A stretch of DNA of 51,456 nt, taken from the IMG/VR virus record IMGVR_UViG_3300024232_000003, positions 1 through 51,456 of that record; one strand, given 5' to 3'. The notes beneath the pieces were generated by a model. The model did no database searches, was not told where the DNA came from, and saw only the letters and a list, made by a program, of their open reading frames with translations. Positions 1 to 9,111 of this stretch are shown one piece after another (positions within the stretch are counted from its first letter, which is position 1; each line of letters opens with the position of its first letter). The position numbers were made by a program, and so were the translations under genes. This DNA comes from a virus (Duplodnaviria > Caudoviricetes).

Positions 1-126
1 TCCAGCCGGACCTTCTCTTGCTCGGCCCGCAGTTCGGCCTGTTGGCGGTTGAACTCGGCTTGCTGGGCCTCCATCGCTTTCTTGGCGGCCTCGATCTCCT
101 CGCGCTGCTTGGCGAAGGCGGCCTCT
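1..126. repeat. Terminal direct repeat, copy 1 (circular assembly overlap)
   Basis: Identical to 51331-51456; an ORF reads through the junction. Confidence 0.97.
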
Positions 127-635
127 TGCTCGTCCCTCTTTCGCTTCTCCTCCGCCGCTAGGAGGGCCAGTCGCTGCTCCTCTCGGGCTCGCTGCTCGGC
201 CTCGATGCGTTTGGCTTCAGCCAGGGCTGCCTCGATCTCCTTTTGCTCTTCGGCCTTAATAGCTGCGTCCAGGGGCTCCTCGATCTCCATGAGCTTGGCC
301 ATAACGGTGTTGCCGGCCGCGTCCACCTTGCGCTTGTATTCGAGCGCTTCCCGGCCCTCTTCCTTGCGTCGTCTGTCTACGGCGTTGCGGAGCGCAACGA
401 TCTCTCGGCGCGCAGCCTTGCACGCCACGAGGCCGGCTGGTGTAGCGACGGCGGGGATGAGGGCCAGCTTTTCTTCCTTGAGCTTGGCGATCTCAGCTAA
501 TGTTGGACTGGGCTGCCAGGCCGGCAGCGTGGCGAATACCGAGACTTGAGTCCCAGGTTCGGTCATCTTTGCGGCGCCCATGTCTGCCGCGTTGTCTGGG
601 ACTTCGTTGACCACTTCGGGTCGCTGCTTGGTCAT
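1..635 (-). CDS. 5' part of origin-spanning coiled-coil protein (~368 aa in total, DUF1351-like, recombination module)
   Basis: ATG at 635 overlaps the stop of 632..979 (ATGA); open frame MTKQRPEVV...ARREIVALRNAVDRRRKE... continues in frame into 50859..51404. Confidence 0.8.
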   Translation of the reverse strand, partial: MTKQRPEVVNEVPDNAADMGAAKMTEPGTQVSVFATLPAWQPSPTLAEIAKLKEEKLALIPAVATPAGLVACKAARREIVALRNAVDRRRKEEGREALEYKRKVDAAGNTVMAKLMEIEEPLDAAIKAEEQKEIEAALAEAKRIEAEQRAREEQRLALLAAEEKRKRDEQEAAFAKQREEIEAAKKAMEAQQAEFNRQQAELRAEQEKVRL

Positions 636-979
636 TGCTTCTTTTCTCCTTTGATTGAGGCCAAGAGATTTCGAGCGTCAAATATGGCTTTTGCCAACCA
701 ATGGTCGGCTTCTGATGCGTACTCCGGGGGATGATCAAATCCCATCGAGATCATGGCCGGCTCGGCAACGGCCTTGACCATTTGATCTAACGCCTCCACC
801 AAGGCGTCGAAGCTGTTACAGGCCAGGACGATGAATTCGGCGTTAGCTTCGTCAAGGCTGCCGGTTAGAGACGCATGCAAGTGAATCACAGCCACTCGCA
901 TACCATCCATCCCAACGATGTAAAGCGACGGGCTCAGGGTGGACGGCTGGAGCACAAATGGCGTCGGCGTGTGGTTCAT
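632..979 (-). CDS. Phage hypothetical protein (HTPxPW...EANAxxI family)
   Basis: MNHTPTPF...EANAEFIVLACN motif; translationally coupled to neighbours; paralog at 37507..37830. Confidence 0.75.
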   Translation of the reverse strand: MNHTPTPFVLQPSTLSPSLYIVGMDGMRVAVIHLHASLTGSLDEANAEFIVLACNSFDALVEALDQMVKAVAEPAMISMGFDHPPEYASEADHWLAKAIFDARNLLASIKGEKKQ

Positions 980-1758
980 TTCTTACTGCCTTTCTTGAGT
1001 GCTGCCTGCTCGATCTCGACCCGCTTTTGGTTGAGGTGTTGCAAGGCATTGGTGAACTGGGAACGTGGGATCTCATCGAGCCGGGTGCATCCTTCGCGGA
1101 GCCAGTGAACCATCTTGTCCACCGGGAACGGGATAGAGCGGAGCATGTTCATTTCGTCGATCAGGTCTTGAAGTACCTTCACTTCGTCGGCCGTCAGGTT
1201 GCCGGCGTCCGTCTCGCCGTCCAAGTCAAGGTCCGACGACTCGACGAGGTTGAAGGCCATCTTTGTTACGTACCGCCGGGCATAGCTCGTCGTGGAACCA
1301 TCGGCCTGGGTCGGCGTCATGTTGGCATTGCCCTTGATGCCTACGCCGTCAATGTGGACATCCTTGACGAACCGCCGCGAATGGCCGTCGACGTGCATAA
1401 CGTCTACCGCCATGCGACAAACTTCCTTGTTGTCTTGCTCGATCTCCGTGAAGCAGAGGCTGAACCCTTCTCGCAGGTAGATGGGCCGAATTTGCTTGTC
1501 GAGCTGCTCGAACCCCGCGTACCAGATGTCCTTGTGCTTGTTGTGGCTCGACTTCACGAGGGGCTGCATGTCTCGCTGGGAATTCATCATCCCTTGATTC
1601 CACGCTTTCTCGGCCTCGATCTTCTGCCAGCGCTCGGCCAGGTCCATCAGGCCCTTGAGCTGCTCAACCGACACGCCCTTGTCGAGCTGCTCCTGGAGCA
1701 TGAGCATGGGACTTTTGACAATCTCGGTGGACATCGGCCTCTCCTTAGTAAATGCCAC
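976..1758 (-). CDS. erf: ERF-family single-strand annealing recombinase
   Basis: ERF signature QADGSTTSYARRY followed by DLDG; same operon as YqaJ exonuclease; start may be 1734. Confidence 0.85.
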   Translation of the reverse strand: MAFTKERPMSTEIVKSPMLMLQEQLDKGVSVEQLKGLMDLAERWQKIEAEKAWNQGMMNSQRDMQPLVKSSHNKHKDIWYAGFEQLDKQIRPIYLREGFSLCFTEIEQDNKEVCRMAVDVMHVDGHSRRFVKDVHIDGVGIKGNANMTPTQADGSTTSYARRYVTKMAFNLVESSDLDLDGETDAGNLTADEVKVLQDLIDEMNMLRSIPFPVDKMVHWLREGCTRLDEIPRSQFTNALQHLNQKRVEIEQAALKKGSKK

Positions 1759-1945
1759 GGGCCTTCATGGCGGCCCGCAGCTTCTCGGTTAGCGCGTTGT
1801 ACTGGGCCGCAGTGATCCGGTACTCCATGAAGCCGGGGCGGCCCCCGTTGGGCTGAGTGATGTAGCGGTAGGCCGCTTCAAGGGCCTCGTCGACCAGCTT
1901 CTTCGCGTCGACTTCTTCCCGATCCTTGATCTGCTGGGTCGTCAT
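1745..1945 (-). CDS. Hypothetical protein, first gene of leftward operon
   Basis: GGAG RBS; directly downstream of sigma70 promoter. Confidence 0.7.
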   Translation of the reverse strand: MTTQQIKDREEVDAKKLVDEALEAAYRYITQPNGGRPGFMEYRITAAQYNALTEKLRAAMKARGIY

Positions 1946-1983
1946 GACTGTCTCCGAAATGTGACTGGATGTCTGAGCGGAGA

Positions 1984-2012
1984 ATATTACGTCTGCACTT
2001 TCTTTTTGTCAA
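1984..2012 (-). promoter_or_regulatory. sigma70-like promoter of recombination/replication operon
   Basis: TTGACA (2012-2007), 17-nt spacer, TAATAT (1989-1984). Confidence 0.8.
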
Positions 2013-2060
2013 CACGATTCGTAAGATTCGCTCAGGATTCAATCAGAATGGAGGCCGGAA

Positions 2061-2300
2061 TTGAGAAGCAAAGATGTCAAGTTGATAATGGAAACTCAGC
2101 AATGGGACAGTGAAGAAATGGCGATAGCATTGGGAGTTACGATTGAGGCCGTTTGGCACTGGCTTGCCGACAGACGTTCGCCAAGATTGAGCGCGAAAAG
2201 ATTACTGGAATTCTTGAAAGATTACCCGGAATTGGGACCGGCCTTGCTCCGTTTCGGAAGGAAGAAGGCCAGGTCCGCCTCGAAGGTCAACGGGACTTGA
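2061..2300 (+). CDS. XRE/Cro-like HTH transcriptional regulator
   Basis: SEEMAIALGVTIEAVWHWLADRRSP HTH; GGAGG RBS; divergent from the 1984-2012 promoter. Confidence 0.8.
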   Translation: MRSKDVKLIMETQQWDSEEMAIALGVTIEAVWHWLADRRSPRLSAKRLLEFLKDYPELGPALLRFGRKKARSASKVNGT

Positions 2301-5300
2301 TGGCTTCCCGCTTCTGCATGGCCGCGTTGGCTATCGTCTTCTGGGCCTCGCGGATCTGCTGCTTCACTTCCGGCTTGAGGCCGGGGGTGTTGTATTTCCT
2401 CTGCAAATCTGAAATGAGAATAGCGGCGTGACTGAGAGCGGCCACGTCGGGCGGCTGCTTGGCCTTGAGCCCCTGCTTCCTGGCGGCCATCGCGGCTTCA
2501 CGATGCACGTCCAGGCCCTTGTGCAGGGCCTCGAACAGGTTGGCTACTTCCGGGGGCTGCGTGTCATGCGTCCACTTGGCGAAGGGGGCCAGGATGCTGG
2601 TGGCTCGCTCGGCGGCCGAGGATTCCCCCAGCGAGTCTTTGCCTGTTAGCTGGGCCACCGTTGGGTTCGTGTTCCAGATGGCGGCCTTGAAGTTCTTCCA
2701 GTATTGGCTTTCGCCATAGTCGGCTGACTCGGCCACCTTCCTATCCAGAGCATTCTTACCAGTGGCGACCGTGTGGCCGAACTCCCAGGCCGGCCCCGTG
2801 AAGGGCCGGATGATCGCGGAGGCCGCGTCTTTCATGGCGCTGTCGGCCATTGATGCCGCCGGCTGACCCTTCTGGATACCCTGGCTGATTGCCGTCAACC
2901 CCATCATGCGGAGGCCGCGGCGAACGCCAGAGAATGCCCCGAGGGGGTCGATGTACATACTCTTGCCGTTGCCGTCGTCATAGACCTTGATCGAGCCCCA
3001 GGGCGTCTTGTCGTCACCATCGGCCCTCCCCCACACAAGAGCGTTGATGGCAGCGGCGCCGCCCAGCAGGACGGCCACGCGGCCCAGGGAAGCGGCTCGA
3101 AGTCGGGCGGCTGCGGCCGTGCTCGTGGCCTCGACTCCCGGGCCGCCATAGATCGACCTGGCCCCGCCCATGACGAACTGGGAGCCGGCTGTGGCGAAGG
3201 GGCCGAAGCCCAGGTCTCTCGCGAGCACAACCATATCCTGCTGAGCCCGCCGGTTGTATTGGCCCATCTTCGTATTGACCCAATCCCTGCGATGGGCCTC
3301 CGTGTCGGGGAACTCGCCCTTCTCGACCAGCCTTTGGTGAGCCTGATCCATCGTTACCCGCATTACGTCGTTGACCGAATGAAGGAAGGCCGCCGTCCAC
3401 TTCAGCGGATTCCAGTCGGAGTAAGCCCGCTTGTTGAAGTCTTTCTGTGCACCAATAAAGGCCAGGTCGACCAGATTCTTCTTGAAGCTTTCGCTGCCCT
3501 TGGCCCACTCGACCGCATTCTTGATGACATCAACCGGGCTCGAACCGGCCGAGGTCAAGTTCGTGAGCATGTTCTTCGTGTGGTACGCACCTTCGACCGT
3601 GGACATCAGGGCTGAGCTATTGATGAAGTTCATCGCGGGCGTGAGGCCGGGTATCTGCGTCTTCTTGTCCACGTCCAGGGCCTTCCTGTACTCGCCGGCT
3701 ACTCCTGTGTCGCGTTCCCCATCTGTCTTCACGTAGAGCGAGGTCTGGCCGTTGGTGGCTTCCTGGCTGCCCCGAGGCGGGTTTACGTCGGAGAACTCCT
3801 GATGGCCGACCAGAGCTTCCCGGCCAATCTTGTCCCCCTTGGCGCCTGGAACTCCCCACACAGCCACGCCTTCCGAGACCAGCGCCCGGTTCATTTCGGC
3901 TTTGCGCGCCGCCTGGGCTCCCTTGGTCAACGTGTTCTCGATGATCGAGCTGAACCGTGTGTCGTAAGCGTCCGATGCCAGCATGGCTTTGTTGGTGAAG
4001 CCGAGTTTTCCTTGCCGGACGTTTTTGAGATTGCCGCGGCCTCCGCCGATGTACACCGTGGTCGGCGTCTCCTCGCCAGGCTTGACGGCGATAGCGTTCA
4101 TGGGCAGGCCGGGAATCTGCGTCAGACTGTCGATCGGGTCGCTGACTTCCATCCCCGTGGCCGATCGGTAGTTCTCTTCCATGACGGGCACCAAACCATC
4201 TTGGGCACCGTACCGCTTGAGGATCTTGCTCAACTCAGGCAAGGCGGCGCGATAGTCGGCCTCGGTCTTCAGCGGAGAGTTGTCCTGGCCGATGAAGGAA
4301 ACAATGTCGTTGGCCTGCTCCTTGAGGGCTGTGGCCCGCTTGGTCAACTCGCCGGCCTTCTCCGAGTCTCCGTTCTGGTAGCGTTCATGCAGGGCCTCGG
4401 CCTCGGCTTTGTACTGCTCCTGGCGTACGCGCTCCTTGGCCACTCGATGACGCATTTCCTGGAAAGCAGTGCCGTAAAGCAGGTCTTGCTCGGGGGTGAT
4501 CTTCGGCCCCAGGATCTTGTCCACGAAGTAGCCTGTGGCCTCGTGAGAATAGGTTTTCACTGAAATGTAGCGGGCCATCGCGTTGGCAGCGAGTTTGGAC
4601 AGCCGGGAAGTGCGAGGATAGATGCGGCCCGACAGCTCGGCCAAGTTGTCGTGAATTTCCTGAGTCTTCTTTTGGACGACCGGGGCCACCTGGCTCAGAT
4701 CTACGTGTCCTGATTCTCCAGAGAGAAAGTCTCGGAGGGCTGATCTTCCGATTGGGGTTGCGGTGGGATCGCTGGGGCCTGTGATGGGTTCGTTGCGGCC
4801 GGGTTCCCGGCGGAAGGGTATATCACTTGGCTCTGATCCCCCTGTGGGGCCGGATTGTTCAGACTGGATTGCCTCTCGCTCGGCTCGGTCGGATTCGTCG
4901 AGGAGTCTTTCGAGTTCGGCGGGGTCGTGCCCAGTAGCCTGTGCAACTTCTTTGATACCCTCTGCTTTTCCAGACCCTCTACCTTGCTCGATAGCTTGGT
5001 TAGCGAGGCCTTCAGCTTCTTGGGCAAGAACCGGATTCTTTTGGGCTTCCCGGATGACACTCTGGTACTCCTCTCCTGCTGCATGCCGTAGTAGTTGATC
5101 CCTGATGGCGCCACGTTCGTTCGCCGCGTTGACCTGGGCCGTTCTGCCGAGACCTACCGACTTGATGCTTGCGAAGGCCTTGGCGGCTTCCTCGGACGGA
5201 GGCGTCTTCTTGGCTTCGTCGATGATGGCCTTGGCCACTTCCACGTCGTAAAGATCCGTGAGTTCTTTTCTCAGTTGTTCAACGGCCCACTTGTTTCCAG

Positions 5301-7881
5301 AGCTTGCCAGCTCGGCGGCCATCTGTCGAGTGGCCTGGGGAACGTCTTTGGTCAACTTGTTGCCGGCGGCCTCACTGCCTCCGGCTGGGGCACTGGTATT
5401 GTCCCCTTGCCCATTTGCTTCAACCTCAACTGGAGGCCGCTGTGCAGCGCCTGGCTGTACGCTGCCAGTATCGTCGGGTCGAACGGCTTCCGGCTCGACG
5501 GCCTTTCGTTCGGGAGTCTTCCCGCCAGGGAGCTCGCCACGTGCAGCCTGGCGGTTAAACTCGGCATATTCTTCAGGTGAGAATTTACGTCCACTTCTGG
5601 CCGCCTTTTCAAAGAATTTCTTCCACTTGTTCTGGTACGCCACTTCATGATCGAACAATGTATCTGCCCGGGCCTTCACTTCCTTCCTGGCCGCTGCCAG
5701 ATCCAGGGCAAAACCTTCTGCCGCAGCAGCCGCAACTGCCTTGTGGGCCTGGTCTTCTACGAATCCTTCATGATCCGATTCGTCGGCCTGCCCGGTCCTG
5801 GCCCGCTCAATGTACCGCTCGCGTAAGAGGGTCGTCGCAGACTTGGGCTTTCCTTCTGCATCCAGCATGCCCAGCTTACCAGCAGCCCGCAGTTGGGCGG
5901 CTGCTACTCCCTGGAACGTCGTGATCGAGTTCTTGACGGCTGGATCCTCGGCCACGTCCCGTAGGGAGCGGCCGTTCATAAGTTGCTCGTGAATATAGGC
6001 TTCGTCCTTGGTCAAGCCGGCCTTCGTGGCTTCGTCGGGCGGGTTGTACTCATCGAAGGTGCGGATCTTCCTGGGATCCTGGGCCTGCTGCTCTGGCGCC
6101 GCTACGTCGCCACGGCCTTTGGCTTTAAGTCGTTCCAGGAGTGATGGTTTGGCCGGCTTCTCGCCCAGCATGGCCTCCAGCCGGTCCGTAGGCTCGCCCC
6201 GGCTCTTGGCGTCGGCTATCCGGGCCTCCAGGGCTGCGCGTCGCTCCTCGGGCGGCTGGGGGCCTTCCTGGGGCTCGGCCACCTTACGTGGCTTGGCCAT
6301 GACAGAGCGTTCTCTAAGCCCTGGATTCTCAAGGATTAGCTTCGATATGGGCTCCTTGAGGGCCGCTACCGTGGCGTCCCCCTCGGGCGTCTTGGCCGCG
6401 AAGGCCGCATTCCGCTCCGCCGTCAGCTTCTCGAACTCGCTCCGAACAGCCTCGGGCACGTCGGCGTAGGCCACAGGGGCCGTTCCAGGCAGCTTAGCCG
6501 GTTCTACTCGCCTTTCGACGGCCGGAGGGCCTGGCGGGGCCTCTGGTGCGTTCCCTGGGGCTTTAGGTTGGACTACTTCAAATTCCGCGTCTTGCGCATG
6601 TAAGCCAGGAGAAGTCTTCAGGCGCACCCCTTCGCTTGTCGGCATAACGACTTGCGGCGTATTGGCGAATCCTTCTTCGACTCGCTTGGTCGCTTCGGCC
6701 CGACTCATGCCAGACTTCATCAAAGCATCGACGGCCTGCTTTTTGGCTACATCAGTTTTCATTGCCTCGCTGGCTGGCAAGAAGTCGGCCTCAGACACCG
6801 GTTTAGCTGTATGGTCTTGTCCCGTAAGGCCTTTCACGACATCCAGGGTCGGGTCGGGTTCGACAGGCTTGGCCTTGACCTGCTCGACGATCTTGCCCAG
6901 CTCCTCTTTCATGTGCGTGGAGTCGGGGGCAACCCCTTCTGAGCGCAGCTTGTCATAGCGGCTAGTGATGGCCCCGAAGGCATGGGCCGCCGAGAACCCG
7001 CCCATCATGGCCGTCTCTTCCACGGCCTCTTTAAGTGCGGTCCCCATCTTTCCCTGGACCACAGCGCCCAGGATGCCGAAGTTTTCCTTCGTCTGATACT
7101 CGGTTGGTAGAACTTTGTCGGCCAGCCCGGCGCCAATCTTGACGGCTTCGAGCTCTCCCACGCCGGCCGCCGTCGAGGCTGCCCACTTGGCAACCGGATT
7201 GGCCACTCCCTGGGTGTACTTACCAAGACGGCCCAGGACCATCGCGTTGGCGGTTCCCAGGGCGGCCGATGGCAGCAGATTCTTTGGGGAATAGAACTCG
7301 CCGCCTTGCGAGACTGCTTTGCCGGTCGCTCGCTCCAGCGTTCCCTCAACGGCCATGAATGGCAGGGCCGCCGGCCCCAGGGCTCCATACTTCAAGATCG
7401 CGCCTGGAACGCTGGCCAGGGTTCCACCTACTCCTTGCGCCAGCGATCGCTCAGAGTCGACCTGCTGCTGGCGCTCGAAGCGGGCGATTCTCTGGATGTC
7501 GAAAGCATCGGCCTGGCCGCTTTCATACCGCTCCCTGGCAGTCTTGTACTGCTGGTTCATGGCGGCAGTGTCGAGAGAGGTAATCGGGCTGGCGCTTTTC
7601 AACCAGAAGGCCGCCGGGTGCTCTGGCTGAGCCTCGGTGTTCCTGGCGATGGCCAGGTTGCGGGCCTGCTCATAGCGGCTCTTGACGACTTCCGAATCCA
7701 GCTCTGGGAATGCCTTCGAGAAGTCTTTGGCCACGTCGTCCCAGGCCGGAGGCGGCTTCCACTCTTCCTGGTGCGGAACTGCGGCCGGCTGCGGAGCTTC
7801 TTCCGTTTGCGGTGACGTGGGCTCATCGATAGTTTCTGGTTCCACCTTACGCTCCTCTGCCAACACCCTGATAGTTCCCAT
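2287..7881 (-). CDS. Giant internal virion / DNA-ejection (polyvalent-type) protein, 1864 aa
   Basis: Last gene of the structural operon; size; Ala/Gly-rich helical N-terminus; LPD38-like C-terminus; internal HTH-like segment. Confidence 0.7.
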   Translation of the reverse strand: MGTIRVLAEERKVEPETIDEPTSPQTEEAPQPAAVPHQEEWKPPPAWDDVAKDFSKAFPELDSEVVKSRYEQARNLAIARNTEAQPEHPAAFWLKSASPITSLDTAAMNQQYKTARERYESGQADAFDIQRIARFERQQQVDSERSLAQGVGGTLASVPGAILKYGALGPAALPFMAVEGTLERATGKAVSQGGEFYSPKNLLPSAALGTANAMVLGRLGKYTQGVANPVAKWAASTAAGVGELEAVKIGAGLADKVLPTEYQTKENFGILGAVVQGKMGTALKEAVEETAMMGGFSAAHAFGAITSRYDKLRSEGVAPDSTHMKEELGKIVEQVKAKPVEPDPTLDVVKGLTGQDHTAKPVSEADFLPASEAMKTDVAKKQAVDALMKSGMSRAEATKRVEEGFANTPQVVMPTSEGVRLKTSPGLHAQDAEFEVVQPKAPGNAPEAPPGPPAVERRVEPAKLPGTAPVAYADVPEAVRSEFEKLTAERNAAFAAKTPEGDATVAALKEPISKLILENPGLRERSVMAKPRKVAEPQEGPQPPEERRAALEARIADAKSRGEPTDRLEAMLGEKPAKPSLLERLKAKGRGDVAAPEQQAQDPRKIRTFDEYNPPDEATKAGLTKDEAYIHEQLMNGRSLRDVAEDPAVKNSITTFQGVAAAQLRAAGKLGMLDAEGKPKSATTLLRERYIERARTGQADESDHEGFVEDQAHKAVAAAAAEGFALDLAAARKEVKARADTLFDHEVAYQNKWKKFFEKAARSGRKFSPEEYAEFNRQAARGELPGGKTPERKAVEPEAVRPDDTGSVQPGAAQRPPVEVEANGQGDNTSAPAGGSEAAGNKLTKDVPQATRQMAAELASSGNKWAVEQLRKELTDLYDVEVAKAIIDEAKKTPPSEEAAKAFASIKSVGLGRTAQVNAANERGAIRDQLLRHAAGEEYQSVIREAQKNPVLAQEAEGLANQAIEQGRGSGKAEGIKEVAQATGHDPAELERLLDESDRAEREAIQSEQSGPTGGSEPSDIPFRREPGRNEPITGPSDPTATPIGRSALRDFLSGESGHVDLSQVAPVVQKKTQEIHDNLAELSGRIYPRTSRLSKLAANAMARYISVKTYSHEATGYFVDKILGPKITPEQDLLYGTAFQEMRHRVAKERVRQEQYKAEAEALHERYQNGDSEKAGELTKRATALKEQANDIVSFIGQDNSPLKTEADYRAALPELSKILKRYGAQDGLVPVMEENYRSATGMEVSDPIDSLTQIPGLPMNAIAVKPGEETPTTVYIGGGRGNLKNVRQGKLGFTNKAMLASDAYDTRFSSIIENTLTKGAQAARKAEMNRALVSEGVAVWGVPGAKGDKIGREALVGHQEFSDVNPPRGSQEATNGQTSLYVKTDGERDTGVAGEYRKALDVDKKTQIPGLTPAMNFINSSALMSTVEGAYHTKNMLTNLTSAGSSPVDVIKNAVEWAKGSESFKKNLVDLAFIGAQKDFNKRAYSDWNPLKWTAAFLHSVNDVMRVTMDQAHQRLVEKGEFPDTEAHRRDWVNTKMGQYNRRAQQDMVVLARDLGFGPFATAGSQFVMGGARSIYGGPGVEATSTAAAARLRAASLGRVAVLLGGAAAINALVWGRADGDDKTPWGSIKVYDDGNGKSMYIDPLGAFSGVRRGLRMMGLTAISQGIQKGQPAASMADSAMKDAASAIIRPFTGPAWEFGHTVATGKNALDRKVAESADYGESQYWKNFKAAIWNTNPTVAQLTGKDSLGESSAAERATSILAPFAKWTHDTQPPEVANLFEALHKGLDVHREAAMAARKQGLKAKQPPDVAALSHAAILISDLQRKYNTPGLKPEVKQQIREAQKTIANAAMQKREAIKSR

Positions 7882-9103
7882 AAGCCGGGCTGAGTTGCTG
7901 CGCGGGAATCGCTTCTGGCGTCACTTCAGGACGCGGCCTCACCGGCGGCATGGTGTGCGCCATGGGAGTAAGTATGGCGTTCAATCGCTGCATGGCCTTC
8001 TCTTGCTCTGAGCTAGGGGCCTTTGGCTGAGTGTCGTCCGCGTGCGGCTGAGCCATGCCTGGATCATTCTTGCCGCCCCGACGCTTCCTACGGGCCTCGG
8101 CAATCTTCTCGGCCCTCTCGGTGATCTGTTCATGGGTCGGCTTGACGACTTCGCCCGTGATCGACTTGGTTTCGAGTTCCTTGGCCGCAGCCGCCCTGTC
8201 TTCGTGGAAGTGCTTGTCATCCAACTCGGCAGCCTTGGCCTTCATGTCGGCTTCGTGCTTGGCGGCATCGACCGCGGCCTTGTCGGCCCGCTCGTTCATG
8301 GTCGCAAAGTTGCGCTGGTGCTGAACCCGCTCGGGGCCGTTGTCGAGCTTCCATTCCCCCTTGGCGTCGAGCGAATAATGCCGCTTGGGCATGCCGGGAA
8401 TCTCGTCAACGGGAGTCTGCTCCCAGTTGGCCCGGTTCTGGGTTCGTGTGGCATTGAGGCCGTCTGCATGAGCGGCCATCGTGGCTGCTTTAGCGAACTG
8501 ACGCTGTTCGTTTTGCTTGTCTACGGCCTCCTTCTTCTGCTGGAGTTCGGCCAGCCTGTCTTGGTAAGGGGCCCTGAGCATGTTGGCGGTTTCGGGGGTG
8601 ATTTCCATTGCGGCCAGCGCCTTGTCCGTCTTGGCAATGACCTGGCTGGCCTCCGTCATGGCCTCATCATCTTCCCGTCCCCATTGCAGGACAGGGGTTG
8701 GAGGTGGCCCCTGTCGAACTGGTTGTGGCGTATTGGGATCAACAGATAATCTTCGGTTCAGCAGATCCATCCGGCCCTGGTTCTGCAAAGCGAGGTGCTT
8801 CGAGACCGGATCCTGCTCGTACTCGTAGCGGAGATCCTGGGCCCGCTCCTCGCGGTTGGCCTGCGCCTGGGCCTGAACCATCGCTCCGCCGTCGTTATTC
8901 GGCAGAACCTGGATGTAGTTGGAGAAACCTCCACCCCCGCCACCTCCCCCGCCTCCTCCACGGTTGGCCAGTGAGCTGGAGATCGAGTCGTAGATGTGGG
9001 CCAGCAGCGGAGCGTACTTCTCCGTGACGGCGGCCTGGCCGGCGCCCACTCCGATAGCGGCCTCGGTTCCCAGGGGAGACGGCGGTGCGAAAATAGGCGG
9101 CAT
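7847..9103 (-). CDS. Putative internal virion/ejection protein
   Basis: 418 aa, Gly tract, coiled-coil; position between tail fibre and giant ejection protein. Confidence 0.6.
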   Translation of the reverse strand: MPPIFAPPSPLGTEAAIGVGAGQAAVTEKYAPLLAHIYDSISSSLANRGGGGGGGGGGGFSNYIQVLPNNDGGAMVQAQAQANREERAQDLRYEYEQDPVSKHLALQNQGRMDLLNRRLSVDPNTPQPVRQGPPPTPVLQWGREDDEAMTEASQVIAKTDKALAAMEITPETANMLRAPYQDRLAELQQKKEAVDKQNEQRQFAKAATMAAHADGLNATRTQNRANWEQTPVDEIPGMPKRHYSLDAKGEWKLDNGPERVQHQRNFATMNERADKAAVDAAKHEADMKAKAAELDDKHFHEDRAAAAKELETKSITGEVVKPTHEQITERAEKIAEARRKRRGGKNDPGMAQPHADDTQPKAPSSEQEKAMQRLNAILTPMAHTMPPVRPRPEVTPEAIPAQQLSPAYGNYQGVGRGA

Positions 9104-9111
9104 GTTTCACC

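Noticed and set aside
1-126. 126-bp terminal repeat as a biological DTR
   Set aside because: It falls mid-gene and its length fits an assembler k-mer overlap; it shows circularity only.
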